Positions 35,888 through 45,924 of a DNA stretch of 64,000 nucleotides are shown piece after piece (the first letter of the stretch is position 1; each line of letters starts with the position of its first letter). The position numbers and the translations under genes were made by a program. Under the pieces are notes generated by a model, which did no database searches, was not told where the DNA came from, and worked only from the letters and a program-made list of their open reading frames with translations. Source of the DNA: a virus; IMG/VR virus record IMGVR_UViG_3300028591_000203, positions 1-64,000 of that record; one strand, 5' to 3'.

Positions 35888-36466
35888 ATGAAAGTAGTTA
35901 TTTATGATGAAGGATTTATTCCAGGTTTAGGAAGAGGTCCTTTTAAGACACCTATCGATATTTCAGAAGATAAATTCTATCTTTATAAACAAATGGGTTT
36001 AACTATTATTCGTGCAGATAAGAGCGTTCCTATCGTTGAAAGTGGAATTAGAAATAGAACTGTAACTAAAAAAGAAAATGTAAATATTCCAGAAGTTAAA
36101 TCTGTTGAAGTAGAGCCTACTGTAGTAGAAACTCCTAAGTTTACTAAAAAAGTAGAAGTTACTCCAGAAGTTGTTAAAGAAGAAGAGGTTTCTGAAGTTG
36201 AGACTGTAGATGAGATTACTCCTGAAGTAGTTGATGAACCAGAAGTAGAAGAAGTTTCTGAAGAAGAAGAGACTGTAGATGAGATTACTCCTGAAGTAGT
36301 TGATGAACCAGAAGTAGAAGAAGTTTCTGAAGAAGAAGAGACTGAAATTGATCTTAATGCACTAACTAAAAGACAGCTAGTTGAATTATTAACTGAAGCA
36401 GGTGTTGAATGCAACAGTAATATGAATAAAGCTACTCTTTTAGCATTAGCTGAAGAAAATCTATAA
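35888..36466 (+). CDS. Rho_N / HeH-like DNA-binding domain protein with 23-aa acidic tandem repeat
   Basis: C-terminus LNALTKRQLVELLTEAGVECNSNMNKATLLALAEENL matches the Rho N-terminal/SAP-like HeH fold motif. 69-bp direct repeat x2. Confidence 0.5.
   Translation: MKVVIYDEGFIPGLGRGPFKTPIDISEDKFYLYKQMGLTIIRADKSVPIVESGIRNRTVTKKENVNIPEVKSVEVEPTVVETPKFTKKVEVTPEVVKEEEVSEVETVDEITPEVVDEPEVEEVSEEEETVDEITPEVVDEPEVEEVSEEEETEIDLNALTKRQLVELLTEAGVECNSNMNKATLLALAEENL
36180..36335. repeat. 69-bp in-frame direct repeat x2
   Basis: gagactgtagatgagattactcctgaagtagttgatgaaccagaagtagaagaagtttctgaagaagaa duplicated. Confidence 0.8.
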
Positions 36467-36510
36467 AAAAAAAAGACCTTAACACTATTGGTGTTAAGGT
36501 CTTTTATTTC
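36463..36510. terminator. bidirectional intrinsic terminator
   Basis: A9-gaccttaacac-tatt-ggtgttaaggtc followed by TTTTATTT. Confidence 0.75.
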
Positions 36511-36511
36511 T

Positions 36512-37225
36512 TTAGTCGTTATAGTTATAATATCTCAAAGTGATATTTCTGTCTTTAGCTTTATTTTCATATTCCTTATCAAAAGGAATATTATAACCAG
36601 TGATGGGCATCATCATGACGCAGTTATTAATATTATCTCCACTATTATCAAGGTAATCATAAATATTTGAAAGTTCATCATCAAAAATGATTGATACATT
36701 TTCAATATCTTTAATTACATCAGATTTCTTTTCTCCAATATCAGTAAATCTGATTTCTACATCTTTAATGATTGGAGCAAATAATCTCTTGATACATTCG
36801 ATTTTTTCTTTTTCAAAATTATCAAATGTTCTTGTTACGATATAGATCTTATCAAAGTTAAAATTCTTATATTTAAACATTGAAATAAGTGAATCGACTA
36901 ATGGAGTAGCTGTTACTGTTCTATAAAAATAGTTAACCTGTTCATGATAGGCTTCCATAATAAATCTTCTTCCAACCAGCTGATCTTCTACACTAAGGTC
37001 TTCTTTAAGAAGCCAATCTGTAAACATATAGCATGGTCTTGTTAATGGATAATTAAAGTGAGTGCTATAATCATAATTTTCAGGGATTACATCTTCATTA
37101 AGATATGGCTTGAAAATTTCATAATTATCCATAATATACTTAAACCAAAGGTTTGTAGTATAAACTAAGATATCATCCATATCAACAACCATTGATCCAG
37201 GTTTAACTTCTCCTAATTTAAGCAT
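36512..37225 (-). CDS. HAD-superfamily 5'(3')-deoxyribonucleotidase
   Basis: N-terminal VVDMDDILV (DxDxV motif I of NT5C-type nucleotidases). Size and architecture are consistent. Confidence 0.6.
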   Translation of the reverse strand: MLKLGEVKPGSMVVDMDDILVYTTNLWFKYIMDNYEIFKPYLNEDVIPENYDYSTHFNYPLTRPCYMFTDWLLKEDLSVEDQLVGRRFIMEAYHEQVNYFYRTVTATPLVDSLISMFKYKNFNFDKIYIVTRTFDNFEKEKIECIKRLFAPIIKDVEIRFTDIGEKKSDVIKDIENVSIIFDDELSNIYDYLDNSGDNINNCVMMMPITGYNIPFDKEYENKAKDRNITLRYYNYND

Positions 37226-37228
37226 ATG

Positions 37229-37444
37229 TTATTCCTCCTTAGTAGATGAAATGTACCCTGCTAAATCGCAGGGTACATTATTTTCATTTTCGTCATTATA
37301 TTCAATCATGCAAGGACAAGTTTGTCCACTGTTATAGATTGAAATTCTAGTACAATGTCCATCAACTGTTTCGTCAAAATATTTGCAGTCATTTACTTTA
37401 TTAGTATGACCGACACTACGTCTGAATTTAGTGTAATTATTCAT
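37229..37444 (-). CDS. small Cys-rich protein
   Basis: ORF track. C...C...C..C pattern. Confidence 0.3.
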   Translation of the reverse strand: MNNYTKFRRSVGHTNKVNDCKYFDETVDGHCTRISIYNSGQTCPCMIEYNDENENNVPCDLAGYISSTKEE

Positions 37445-37453
37445 ATTTTCACC

Positions 37454-39544
37454 TTAAATCTTAATAATATTTGTTGGAATTAAGTTTTCATTTACCTTTG
37501 GAGTCTGAATATTCAAACAATCCAAAATAATAGTTCCTGCATTAAGATGATCATAAACCATTTTTTCAGAATCTAAGAACGGTCTAATAAATAATGGAAT
37601 TTCATTAAGAGTCTTTGGAAGACTAATAACATTTAAAATTCCACCCTTTACAAGAGCATGTTCTACAGTATCTCCATTAATAGTATAAGATACATTAAAT
37701 GCTTCTTCAAGTTTTTCTAAGAAACCATTTAATTCATCTTTATCATATTCAATTTTATTTTTATTACAATAGTCAATAATCACTTCACGATTATTTTCCA
37801 TATTATCTTCAATAATTACTTTTACTACATTTACATTAGTTGGAAGAGTTATTTCATTCTCAGAATAAAGTACATTCCAAGTTAAAATACCTCTTAACTG
37901 CATAACATTTACTGGATTTGCATAACCTTCAATCTCATTTGCTCTTGAAGGAATTGTAAATGTAGTTTCTCCTTTATTAAAGGAGTCTTTGATAATATCA
38001 ACTAAGTTAAAATATTTTCTAATAATATTACTATAGTTGATATCTTTTGCAAGAATGATATCATCTTTAAGTAAGTTAGTGAAATACTCACTTACAAATT
38101 TATTTGTATTAGACTTCTTAATAGCAAGTCCTTTAAGATCAATTTTCTGTTTTTCAATAAGATTTCCTTCTTGCATTAAGACAGATGATGCATATGACTT
38201 TTTATTTTTAGTCATTAGTAGTCTTGATAGCATAAACTCATTTTTCATATTAATGAGAGGTCTATATTTCTCCTCAACAAAATGAAGTTTACCAAATTTA
38301 AGATATGCTTCGTTAATTACCTTTGTAATTAGATAAGTAATACAATTAACTGAAGCAACCTTTAATTCTTTACTATTATCTACACTTTTAATATTCTTTT
38401 TAAAGAATTCATATGCTGGCTCAAGATGTAAGAAATTTGAATCTGTATCTACGACTAAGACACTCTTACGTTTACCCTTCTTACAGAAATTAAATTTGTT
38501 AATATCGATATGATTATAGAACACCCAGTCTTTAACATAGAACCAGACACCTTCAAGAACTGCCTTATTGTATTCCCATTCTTTATTATAAAGCTCTTCA
38601 AGCTTTTTGTTACCCATATCTTCTTTACTTAGATTATTTGGACCATTTGGATTAAGGAATGGAATATCTCTACTGAATATCTTTTCAAATTCTTTATAAA
38701 TTTCAGAATCTTTTAAAAATTTATAAAGTCTATTTTTATAATATACTTTATTAATTTCAGTTTGAGATAGAGTATCAATAAAGTTAATAATTGCTTTATG
38801 CTCACTCAAATCCATATGAATTGGTCTCAAATCATCTTTAGTATAAAAATGCTCTTCAAGAAATCCAATTAACTCTTCTTTAGAAACTTCAAAATCAATT
38901 TCAGACTCATATTCTTCTTCAATAATATTAGTGATATAAGTAATAACATCACTAGCAGTATAGAAGTGAACATTTTCCATCAAGAACTTTTCAAATGTAT
39001 CAATTGCAGTCATGATGATTTCTTCACCACTTGCAGTAACAGACTCACCACAATCAAGATCTCTAAAGATTGAACCACCTGCAGTTAACACACCGTAATA
39101 TGAATTCATGATTGCAGTCTTATAAGTTAACTGAATACAATCAAACATCTTCATAAGAGTTGGATCAAGATCATTGATATGCTCAAACTTTTGTTTCTTA
39201 GCTTTCTTTCTTCGTTTACCTGAAGCATCAAGCATTTTACTTTCCAATGCTTCTTTCTTAGCATGCTGTGTATATGCTGTTCCATATTTAGTTAAAATAT
39301 GTCCTTTTTTATGCATGAAGCTTTCAAGTTTATTTAGTGGAACATCATTAACATCTCTACTAACTTGATCGAAGAATTTAATATCAAATTCTAAATTTGA
39401 TGATTGTGTGTCTCTTTCTTCGATAATCTTATCCAATTTGGCTTCAACTTCTGAAAATTCCATATCTGGAAAAGATCTTTGTAGAAAATTTAACATTTTC
39501 TGTTTGTATTCTTCTAGTTTGTTTGTTGACATCATATAAATCAA
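37454..39544 (-). CDS. family-B DNA polymerase, C-terminal piece (motifs B and C plus thumb) of a split polB
   Basis: KTAIMNSYYGVL is motif B K-x3-NS-x-YG. VLVVDTDS is motif C DTDS. No exonuclease motifs or motif A are present in this ORF. Confidence 0.55.
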   Translation of the reverse strand: MIYMMSTNKLEEYKQKMLNFLQRSFPDMEFSEVEAKLDKIIEERDTQSSNLEFDIKFFDQVSRDVNDVPLNKLESFMHKKGHILTKYGTAYTQHAKKEALESKMLDASGKRRKKAKKQKFEHINDLDPTLMKMFDCIQLTYKTAIMNSYYGVLTAGGSIFRDLDCGESVTASGEEIIMTAIDTFEKFLMENVHFYTASDVITYITNIIEEEYESEIDFEVSKEELIGFLEEHFYTKDDLRPIHMDLSEHKAIINFIDTLSQTEINKVYYKNRLYKFLKDSEIYKEFEKIFSRDIPFLNPNGPNNLSKEDMGNKKLEELYNKEWEYNKAVLEGVWFYVKDWVFYNHIDINKFNFCKKGKRKSVLVVDTDSNFLHLEPAYEFFKKNIKSVDNSKELKVASVNCITYLITKVINEAYLKFGKLHFVEEKYRPLINMKNEFMLSRLLMTKNKKSYASSVLMQEGNLIEKQKIDLKGLAIKKSNTNKFVSEYFTNLLKDDIILAKDINYSNIIRKYFNLVDIIKDSFNKGETTFTIPSRANEIEGYANPVNVMQLRGILTWNVLYSENEITLPTNVNVVKVIIEDNMENNREVIIDYCNKNKIEYDKDELNGFLEKLEEAFNVSYTINGDTVEHALVKGGILNVISLPKTLNEIPLFIRPFLDSEKMVYDHLNAGTIILDCLNIQTPKVNENLIPTNIIKI

Positions 39545-39675
39545 TCCTCCTAAACAATGTCATATATATAATATATAAACATACTTTTTTGTTATTTTCA
39601 AATTTAAGTATAACTAACAATAATTTATTATATTGATCTTCAATAATATACTTTAATATGAAGGGAGTTATTAAT

Positions 39676-40005
39676 ATGTCACAGTTTTTCGAAAATTACA
39701 ATGCAGATAGTGTGATTGAGTATATGAATGAAGCATTTGATCTTATTTATGAGAATGCACATGCTGGAAGCAATGCTGCTCTCAATGAGGCAAATGTCAT
39801 TAAGCTTGATAATCAGACTATGAAGAAGAAGATGATCCGTAGAGCAGAGTTAGCTGCTGCAAAGGCTGCAGATGACCCACTTTATCATAAGTACGTTAAG
39901 CATTCTAAGCTCAGAAAGCAGTATAGACGTGCTATTCATGAGAAGTATAATTCTAAGGCTAACATCATCTATAAGCAGTGGGTTGCTGCAAACAGAGATA
40001 ACTAA
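39676..40005 (+). CDS. hypothetical protein
   Basis: RBS GAAGGGAG then ATG at 39676; the ORF track starts at 39658. Confidence 0.4.
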   Translation: MSQFFENYNADSVIEYMNEAFDLIYENAHAGSNAALNEANVIKLDNQTMKKKMIRRAELAAAKAADDPLYHKYVKHSKLRKQYRRAIHEKYNSKANIIYKQWVAANRDN

Positions 40006-40010
40006 TAATT

Positions 40011-40050
40011 AATGTCGTAATGGTTTTTGCCATTACGACATTTTTTATTT
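40011..40050 (+). terminator. intrinsic terminator
   Basis: aatgtcgtaatgg-ttttt-gccattacgacatt followed by T6. Confidence 0.75.
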
Positions 40051-40134
40051 TAATTATATATTATATAAATGATATTTAAATTTAAATTTAAATATCAATA
40101 ATTATTTATTAACATTATAGGAGGATAACTTAAT

Positions 40135-42066
40135 ATGGCTAAGAAAAAATCTACTGAAAAAGTTCAAACATTGAATATTCAGGAATTACTTTCTAGTACT
40201 GAAGAAGTTGCTGGAGTAAGCTTATATGAAACAACTATTAAAAGCTTAATCCTGTATCTTACCGAAGACATTAATAGAAGACATGAAAAGTGTCTAGTAA
40301 GTTTCTCTGGTGAAGAAGCTAGAGAATTAAATCTCGGTCAGTATTTGACTTACATTATTATTCTTGAACCATTCTATGTTTATGACGAAGAAATTGATCT
40401 TACAGTTTTACCAGATGTAAGTAATATCAATGATGTAGAAAAATATTTTGACTGGTGTGTTTATCACTTTGGTATCGAAGAGAGTTATGAAAATATCGGT
40501 GATGTGCTTGTTGACATTATCGATAATCTTAATGAAATTACTTGTAATATGACTCAGAAATTCGGTCCAACATTTGATTTACACACATTTATTAAAATCG
40601 CAGAAAGAAATCCAAAGTTTGCTAAACTTTTGTATGAACCAGATAGCTTTATAAAAGAAAGAGGAGGAGAAGTTACTCCTGAAGAGATTGTTGATTATAC
40701 ACATAAGGTAATTGATGAAGTTCAGCAGTGTATTATCGATGATCCAGATAATAACTTTAAAAACTTTATTACTTCTGGTGCAGGTGTAAACTCAAAGCAG
40801 TTAGGTCAGGTATTAGGATATATCGGTCTTAAGCCAGATCTTAAAGAAAAGATTATTCCAAAGTCAATCGATACTAATTTCTGTATGGGTCTAAGAAATG
40901 TTACTGACTTCTATATCAATGCAGTTGGTTGTCTTAAGGCTCTTATTACAGTTAAGATTCAGACAAAGAATTCTGGCTATCTAACAAGAAAGCTTCAGAT
41001 TCTTCTTAGTGATGAATATCTTTCAGATGTAGAAGATTGTGGTACAAAGCATCTTATGCCATTTACTATTGAAAATAAGAAGCATCTTCTTCATTTAAAT
41101 AATCTTTATTATTCAATGAAGGAAAATGGAAAGAAGCTTACTAAAATTAATAGTAAGAAAGATACTGATCTTATTGGTAAAACAGTATATCTCAGAACAC
41201 CTATTACATGTGCTTGTAAGAATGGTATTTGTAAGAAGTGTTATGGAGATCTTTGGAAGATTAATAAGGATATGAATGTTGGTATTATTGCGTCACTAAT
41301 TATTACTAACATGATTACTCAGACTAATCTTTCAGTTAAGCATCTTCTTCAGGCAGTTATTCTTATTACACTTTGTCCTGAACTTCTTAAGTATTTCACT
41401 ATTGAAATTGATAAGCTTCATCTTAAGGATGAATATATCGATAAGGTAAGCTTGGCATTTAGCAGAGATATTAGTTGCAATGAAAATTCTGAATCTCCTG
41501 AATATGAAACAAGTGTCATTACAATTATTGATGGAGATAATGTAATTGATATTGAAAATAATATTCTCTTTAATCTAAATCCAGAAATCAATGAAATTCT
41601 TTTCTCTGATCTTGATACAGATCTTGATAAGTATATTGTAAAGGGTAAGAAATTAAAGAACTTTGACTATATCTTTAATTATTCAGTTGAAAATAATTCT
41701 CTTTCTGGACCAATGCTTAAACTTAAGGAAATTATTGAAAAGAACGAATTTGTTAAGTCTCATAATGCATTTGAACTTTTCAATAAGATTGTTGAAATTC
41801 TGTTAGAGAGTAATTCTAGAACAGACTATGTTCATATTGCTCTTATGATTAAGAATATGATGAAGGTCGATGAAGGAAGAGAAGCCTTCGCAGGAAGTAC
41901 TTTCCCAGAATATACTTTATATTCTGTTCCAGATGCAATTCACTATTGTTCTAAGAGTATTTCTAAACCATTACTTTTCGAAAGAATTAAGGATCAGTTA
42001 CTTCTTGATAAGTATGGTACTCTTGAAAAGCACGGATATTCAAACTATGATGTACTTCTGAAGTAA
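40135..42066 (+). CDS. multisubunit RNA polymerase beta-prime C-terminal module, copy 2
   Basis: NSGYLTRKLQILLSDEYLSDVEDCGTKH matches [16 protein letters not shown]...DCGT. RTPITCACKNGICKKCYGDL matches the C..GVCAKCYG zinc motif. GIIASLIITNMITQTNLSVKHLLQ matches the trigger loop. Confidence 0.7.
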   Translation: MAKKKSTEKVQTLNIQELLSSTEEVAGVSLYETTIKSLILYLTEDINRRHEKCLVSFSGEEARELNLGQYLTYIIILEPFYVYDEEIDLTVLPDVSNINDVEKYFDWCVYHFGIEESYENIGDVLVDIIDNLNEITCNMTQKFGPTFDLHTFIKIAERNPKFAKLLYEPDSFIKERGGEVTPEEIVDYTHKVIDEVQQCIIDDPDNNFKNFITSGAGVNSKQLGQVLGYIGLKPDLKEKIIPKSIDTNFCMGLRNVTDFYINAVGCLKALITVKIQTKNSGYLTRKLQILLSDEYLSDVEDCGTKHLMPFTIENKKHLLHLNNLYYSMKENGKKLTKINSKKDTDLIGKTVYLRTPITCACKNGICKKCYGDLWKINKDMNVGIIASLIITNMITQTNLSVKHLLQAVILITLCPELLKYFTIEIDKLHLKDEYIDKVSLAFSRDISCNENSESPEYETSVITIIDGDNVIDIENNILFNLNPEINEILFSDLDTDLDKYIVKGKKLKNFDYIFNYSVENNSLSGPMLKLKEIIEKNEFVKSHNAFELFNKIVEILLESNSRTDYVHIALMIKNMMKVDEGREAFAGSTFPEYTLYSVPDAIHYCSKSISKPLLFERIKDQLLLDKYGTLEKHGYSNYDVLLK

Positions 42067-42074
42067 ATTATTAG

Positions 42075-42110
42075 ATGGGATAAGGTTTTTGCCTTATCCC
42101 ATTTTTTTAA
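42075..42110 (+). terminator. intrinsic terminator
   Basis: atgggataagg-ttttt-gccttatcccat followed by T7. Confidence 0.75.
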
Positions 42111-42167
42111 ATTTAAATTTAAATATAACAAATTTATATTTAAATTTCTGAAATTTGGAGGTTAGAT

Positions 42168-43676
42168 ATGAGTAAGATCATAGATGGCAAAATCATTCTA
42201 TACCCCACAAGAATAGTCATTGAACCTTATTTAGAAAAAAATTCAATTATTGAAAATTCTTTAAGTGTATATGATAAAGTTACTCACTCATATGGCTTTC
42301 AAGCATTTATTAAAGATGAAGTAAATAATCGATTGATTATTCCAACAGGGTATTCAGTTAATTATCTTTTAGGTATGTACCCAAGCTATAAAGTTGAAGA
42401 TAAACGTAATTCTATTGAAAATTATATTGCAGCTAATAGAAGTAAATATAAAATCAAAATGAAATACGATTGTAGAGATGATCTTCAAAGAGAAGCTGTA
42501 AAATTCTTAAATAAAAGAAAACCTAGAAGTAAATATAAGTATATGCAAAGATTTCTTTCTCTTAAAACTGGAGAAGGAAAAACTTTTTGCTCAGTAAAAT
42601 ATATTGCTGATAATAAAGAAAGACCTATTATATTTGTAGATCAGGATTCTTTAGGACAGCAATGGAAAGAACGAATTGTCGAATATACAGATACAACTGA
42701 AGATGAAATCTTTTATATTTCTGGATATAAATCTATTAATAAATTGATGAAAATGTCTTCAGATGATATTTTAAAAATTAAGTTTTTTATCTGTTGTTAC
42801 AGAACTCTTACTACAAATATTAAAAATAATGGAAATTCTAATGATATAAGTAAATTATTTGATAAAATCAAAATTACTATTAAAATATTTGATGAAGCTC
42901 ATGTTGAGTTTACATCTATATTTAAATTAGATATGATTTCTAATTTAAGAAGTATTTATTTATCAGCTACTCCAAAAAGAAGTGATCGTGCTGAAGATAA
43001 AGTTTATCAAAATATGTTTAGAAATGTTACTAAATTTTCATCAGATACTATTCAAGAAGAACCAGAGAATTATCATAATATAATTATTTATACTTGGAAT
43101 TCAAATCCAGATATGATGGATGAAGCAAATTGTCAAACAAAATATGGTTTTTCTATGTCAAGATATTGTGATTATCTAATGAAAAAGAAATATAATGAAT
43201 TTGAAGAATTCTTATATAGTGTAATTTTTGATACAGCATTATCTAATAGAAAGAAAAGAAAACTAGCAATTTTATTTGGAACAAATGCTTTACTTGATAA
43301 ATTCTATGATAGTTTGGTAGGATTTTGTGAATCAAATAAATATAAACTTAAAGTAAATAAATTTAATGGACAAACTAAGAAAGAAGATAAACTTACTTTA
43401 CTTGAAGAATCTGATATAATCATTACAACGGATAAATCTTTTTATAAAGGATTAGACGTTAAAGATTTACAAGTAGTAATTAATACAGTTCCTTTTACTG
43501 CTGATACAAAATTAATTCAAACAGTTGGAAGATTAAGAAAACTTCCAAATAAGGAAGTTACTTTTATTGATATAAATGATTTAGGCTATAAAACTTTAAG
43601 ATATCAAGAAGCTTCTAAGAAAACAGTTTTCTCTACATTAGCTAAAAGCTTATTTGTAGTAGATTATTATAAATAA
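42168..43676 (+). CDS. SF2 DEAH-box helicase (UvsW-like)
   Basis: Motif I LKTGEGKTF. Motif II IFDEAHVEF. Motif VI QTVGRLRK. Confidence 0.7.
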   Translation: MSKIIDGKIILYPTRIVIEPYLEKNSIIENSLSVYDKVTHSYGFQAFIKDEVNNRLIIPTGYSVNYLLGMYPSYKVEDKRNSIENYIAANRSKYKIKMKYDCRDDLQREAVKFLNKRKPRSKYKYMQRFLSLKTGEGKTFCSVKYIADNKERPIIFVDQDSLGQQWKERIVEYTDTTEDEIFYISGYKSINKLMKMSSDDILKIKFFICCYRTLTTNIKNNGNSNDISKLFDKIKITIKIFDEAHVEFTSIFKLDMISNLRSIYLSATPKRSDRAEDKVYQNMFRNVTKFSSDTIQEEPENYHNIIIYTWNSNPDMMDEANCQTKYGFSMSRYCDYLMKKKYNEFEEFLYSVIFDTALSNRKKRKLAILFGTNALLDKFYDSLVGFCESNKYKLKVNKFNGQTKKEDKLTLLEESDIIITTDKSFYKGLDVKDLQVVINTVPFTADTKLIQTVGRLRKLPNKEVTFIDINDLGYKTLRYQEASKKTVFSTLAKSLFVVDYYK

Positions 43677-43708
43677 ATATATATTATTATTGCGAAAGGA
43701 GGATTCTT

Positions 43709-44332
43709 ATGAAGAAATCCGAAATAGTAAGCAATTATATTGACCTATCAAATAAAATGGAAGGTTTACTTTCTGATATGAAAGTAAACTTTCGTAAAGA
43801 AATGAAGGATATTATCGGTATTACTCAAAATGATATGGATCGTTTTTCAGTAGAATATACTGATAATAAAACAAAGCTAAATCTAAATTATAAAGTAACA
43901 ATTCCTATTATTTATCAAGCAGTAATGGGAGAAGATAATGAATCAGATGGAGTTATGTTAACATCTGATTTAGTTAGTGAAACCTATTCAGATATTAGAG
44001 TAAACGTTAATGACTATTTAGAGGTTATCTCTTTAGTACAAATGTCTGTAAATAATGAGCTAAAAGGACTATACAATGAAAGAGATATTTTAACAAATAA
44101 GTCTAAAAAGACTTTATGGAAACTCTTTCATCCAAAAGCAGATATTGCTATTAGCAATATTAATACCGCTATAAACGAAGTTGAAAAGATTAATAAAGAG
44201 TTAGACAATGAAAAAAATAAATTTGAAAATAGTAACATTATGAAAGATGTACTAAACTCTTTTGTCGAAGCTACAAAAACAACTTATGGACTAGACATGA
44301 AAATGATTGGAGGTAAATCATCAGATGAATAA
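43709..44332 (+). CDS. hypothetical protein
   Basis: ORF track. RBS AAAGGAGGA. Confidence 0.4.
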   Translation: MKKSEIVSNYIDLSNKMEGLLSDMKVNFRKEMKDIIGITQNDMDRFSVEYTDNKTKLNLNYKVTIPIIYQAVMGEDNESDGVMLTSDLVSETYSDIRVNVNDYLEVISLVQMSVNNELKGLYNERDILTNKSKKTLWKLFHPKADIAISNINTAINEVEKINKELDNEKNKFENSNIMKDVLNSFVEATKTTYGLDMKMIGGKSSDE

Positions 44333-44942
44333 TCTTTATATAAGAGTATTTTATGATTCTTCCAACATTAAAGATGCATCTATTTGGAAAATTGCTTTAG
44401 TTGATGATGAGTCTAATATGTTATATATTGAGACTCTACACGACAAAGTAAGTGACAAAATTCCAGAATCAGTATATCTGGATTTAACTAAGAAATCTTA
44501 TTTTAAAGGTCTTGTTGGAGTTGATACAACTCTTGCAACTTTAAAATTAGTTGATAAACTTGGTGGAGAAGGTTCTACTGATATTAATATCTTTGTAAAT
44601 TCTGATGATAATATAAGAAAAAAGATAGTATCTTATCTTGATAAGTTCTTTGAAGGAGTGACAGATTTAAATATTTACTTTAAAGATTCTTTTGAAGAAG
44701 TACTGTTTTTTAACTTTATAAATTCAGAGTTAAACAAATTTAATATCACAACGATGACATTAGATAACAAAATCTGTGATCCACGTTGTGAAAAGTATGA
44801 AGAAATTGTGGAAAAGAGTATCACTCAGAGTATGAGTGAACTTGAAGGCAATGATGAGATGAGGTCTTTATTTATGTATATGAGAATCATTATTGAGGAT
44901 CTATTACTTAAAGATCTCTTCACATATATTTTTACTGAATAA
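44325..44942 (+). CDS. hypothetical protein
   Basis: GGAGGTAAA RBS then ATGAATAATC; the ORF track frame starts at 44307. Confidence 0.35.
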   Translation: MNNLYIRVFYDSSNIKDASIWKIALVDDESNMLYIETLHDKVSDKIPESVYLDLTKKSYFKGLVGVDTTLATLKLVDKLGGEGSTDINIFVNSDDNIRKKIVSYLDKFFEGVTDLNIYFKDSFEEVLFFNFINSELNKFNITTMTLDNKICDPRCEKYEEIVEKSITQSMSELEGNDEMRSLFMYMRIIIEDLLLKDLFTYIFTE

Positions 44943-44961
44943 CATTTAGGAGGAATTTATT

Positions 44962-45924
44962 ATGGCAAGAAAGTCTATCGAAAAGGTTTACAACAACGTA
45001 TTCACTGTTGGAAGAATGAGTCTTGAGACTCTGGTTGTGAATGGCTCCAAGAATAGCGAGAATATGAGATTAGATTCTCTCTATTACAATACTTTTCAGA
45101 GTGAAAAGTATGCTGATGTAGATCAGCTTGATAATCTCAAGATTAATAACCAGAGTTATCTCTGTCTTATTTATAGAGGTTATAACGAGGAAAATAAGTT
45201 TGAGTCAGAAGAGGTTTGGATTGGACCAAAGTATCTTGAGAATTTCAAGGACTTTCTCGTTGATGCTTATGAGCAGCTTAGCTCAGAATCTGATAAGATT
45301 TATGGAAAGAGTTCTGTAAATCCTGAGTATGAAGAGCTTATTATTCAGACTGGTTATGAGGAAGATGGCGGTGGATATGGTGACATTGATGGTCTTGGTC
45401 ATGTAGTATACGTATATCCACAGGTATGCTTTATCGAAGAGGAGGCAAAGAAGTCTTATCCTGGAGTAGTTCTCGTTATTGAAAATGATAAGGGAGAGCA
45501 GTATGCACAGGAAATGTCTCTTAACACATTCAGACTTATGGCTATGACTGCAAGAGATTATAATCTCCTTCAGGATAGTAGAGCAACTATGATTGAAGGA
45601 ATGCTTTATCAGCTTCTTTCAAGCGGTGGAGGTAGCATTTCTTCTCCTGGAAAGAAGAATCTCTCTAGACCTCTTAAGAGCAGAAATTCTGTAGTAAAGC
45701 CTCTTCAGAAGAGAAAGCCTCTCTCTGAAGTTATTGCAGAAGACAATGACGATGATGATGTAGAAGAGGATATCGAAGTAGAAGAGACTCCTGCTCCTAA
45801 GAAGAAGATCACAAAGAAGAAGACTCCTGCTAAGAAGACTAATAAGATTGCACTTAACGACATTCTTAATGAGTCTGAAGGAATGGAGCTTAATCTTGAT
45901 GATGAAGAAGGAGAAGAGTATTAA
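44962..45924 (+). CDS. hypothetical protein with Lys-rich segment and acidic C-terminal tail
   Basis: ORF track. RBS AGGAGGAATT. GC-richer codons. Tail DNDDDDVEEDIEVEE...DDEEGEEY. Confidence 0.4.
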   Translation: MARKSIEKVYNNVFTVGRMSLETLVVNGSKNSENMRLDSLYYNTFQSEKYADVDQLDNLKINNQSYLCLIYRGYNEENKFESEEVWIGPKYLENFKDFLVDAYEQLSSESDKIYGKSSVNPEYEELIIQTGYEEDGGGYGDIDGLGHVVYVYPQVCFIEEEAKKSYPGVVLVIENDKGEQYAQEMSLNTFRLMAMTARDYNLLQDSRATMIEGMLYQLLSSGGGSISSPGKKNLSRPLKSRNSVVKPLQKRKPLSEVIAEDNDDDDVEEDIEVEETPAPKKKITKKKTPAKKTNKIALNDILNESEGMELNLDDEEGEEY

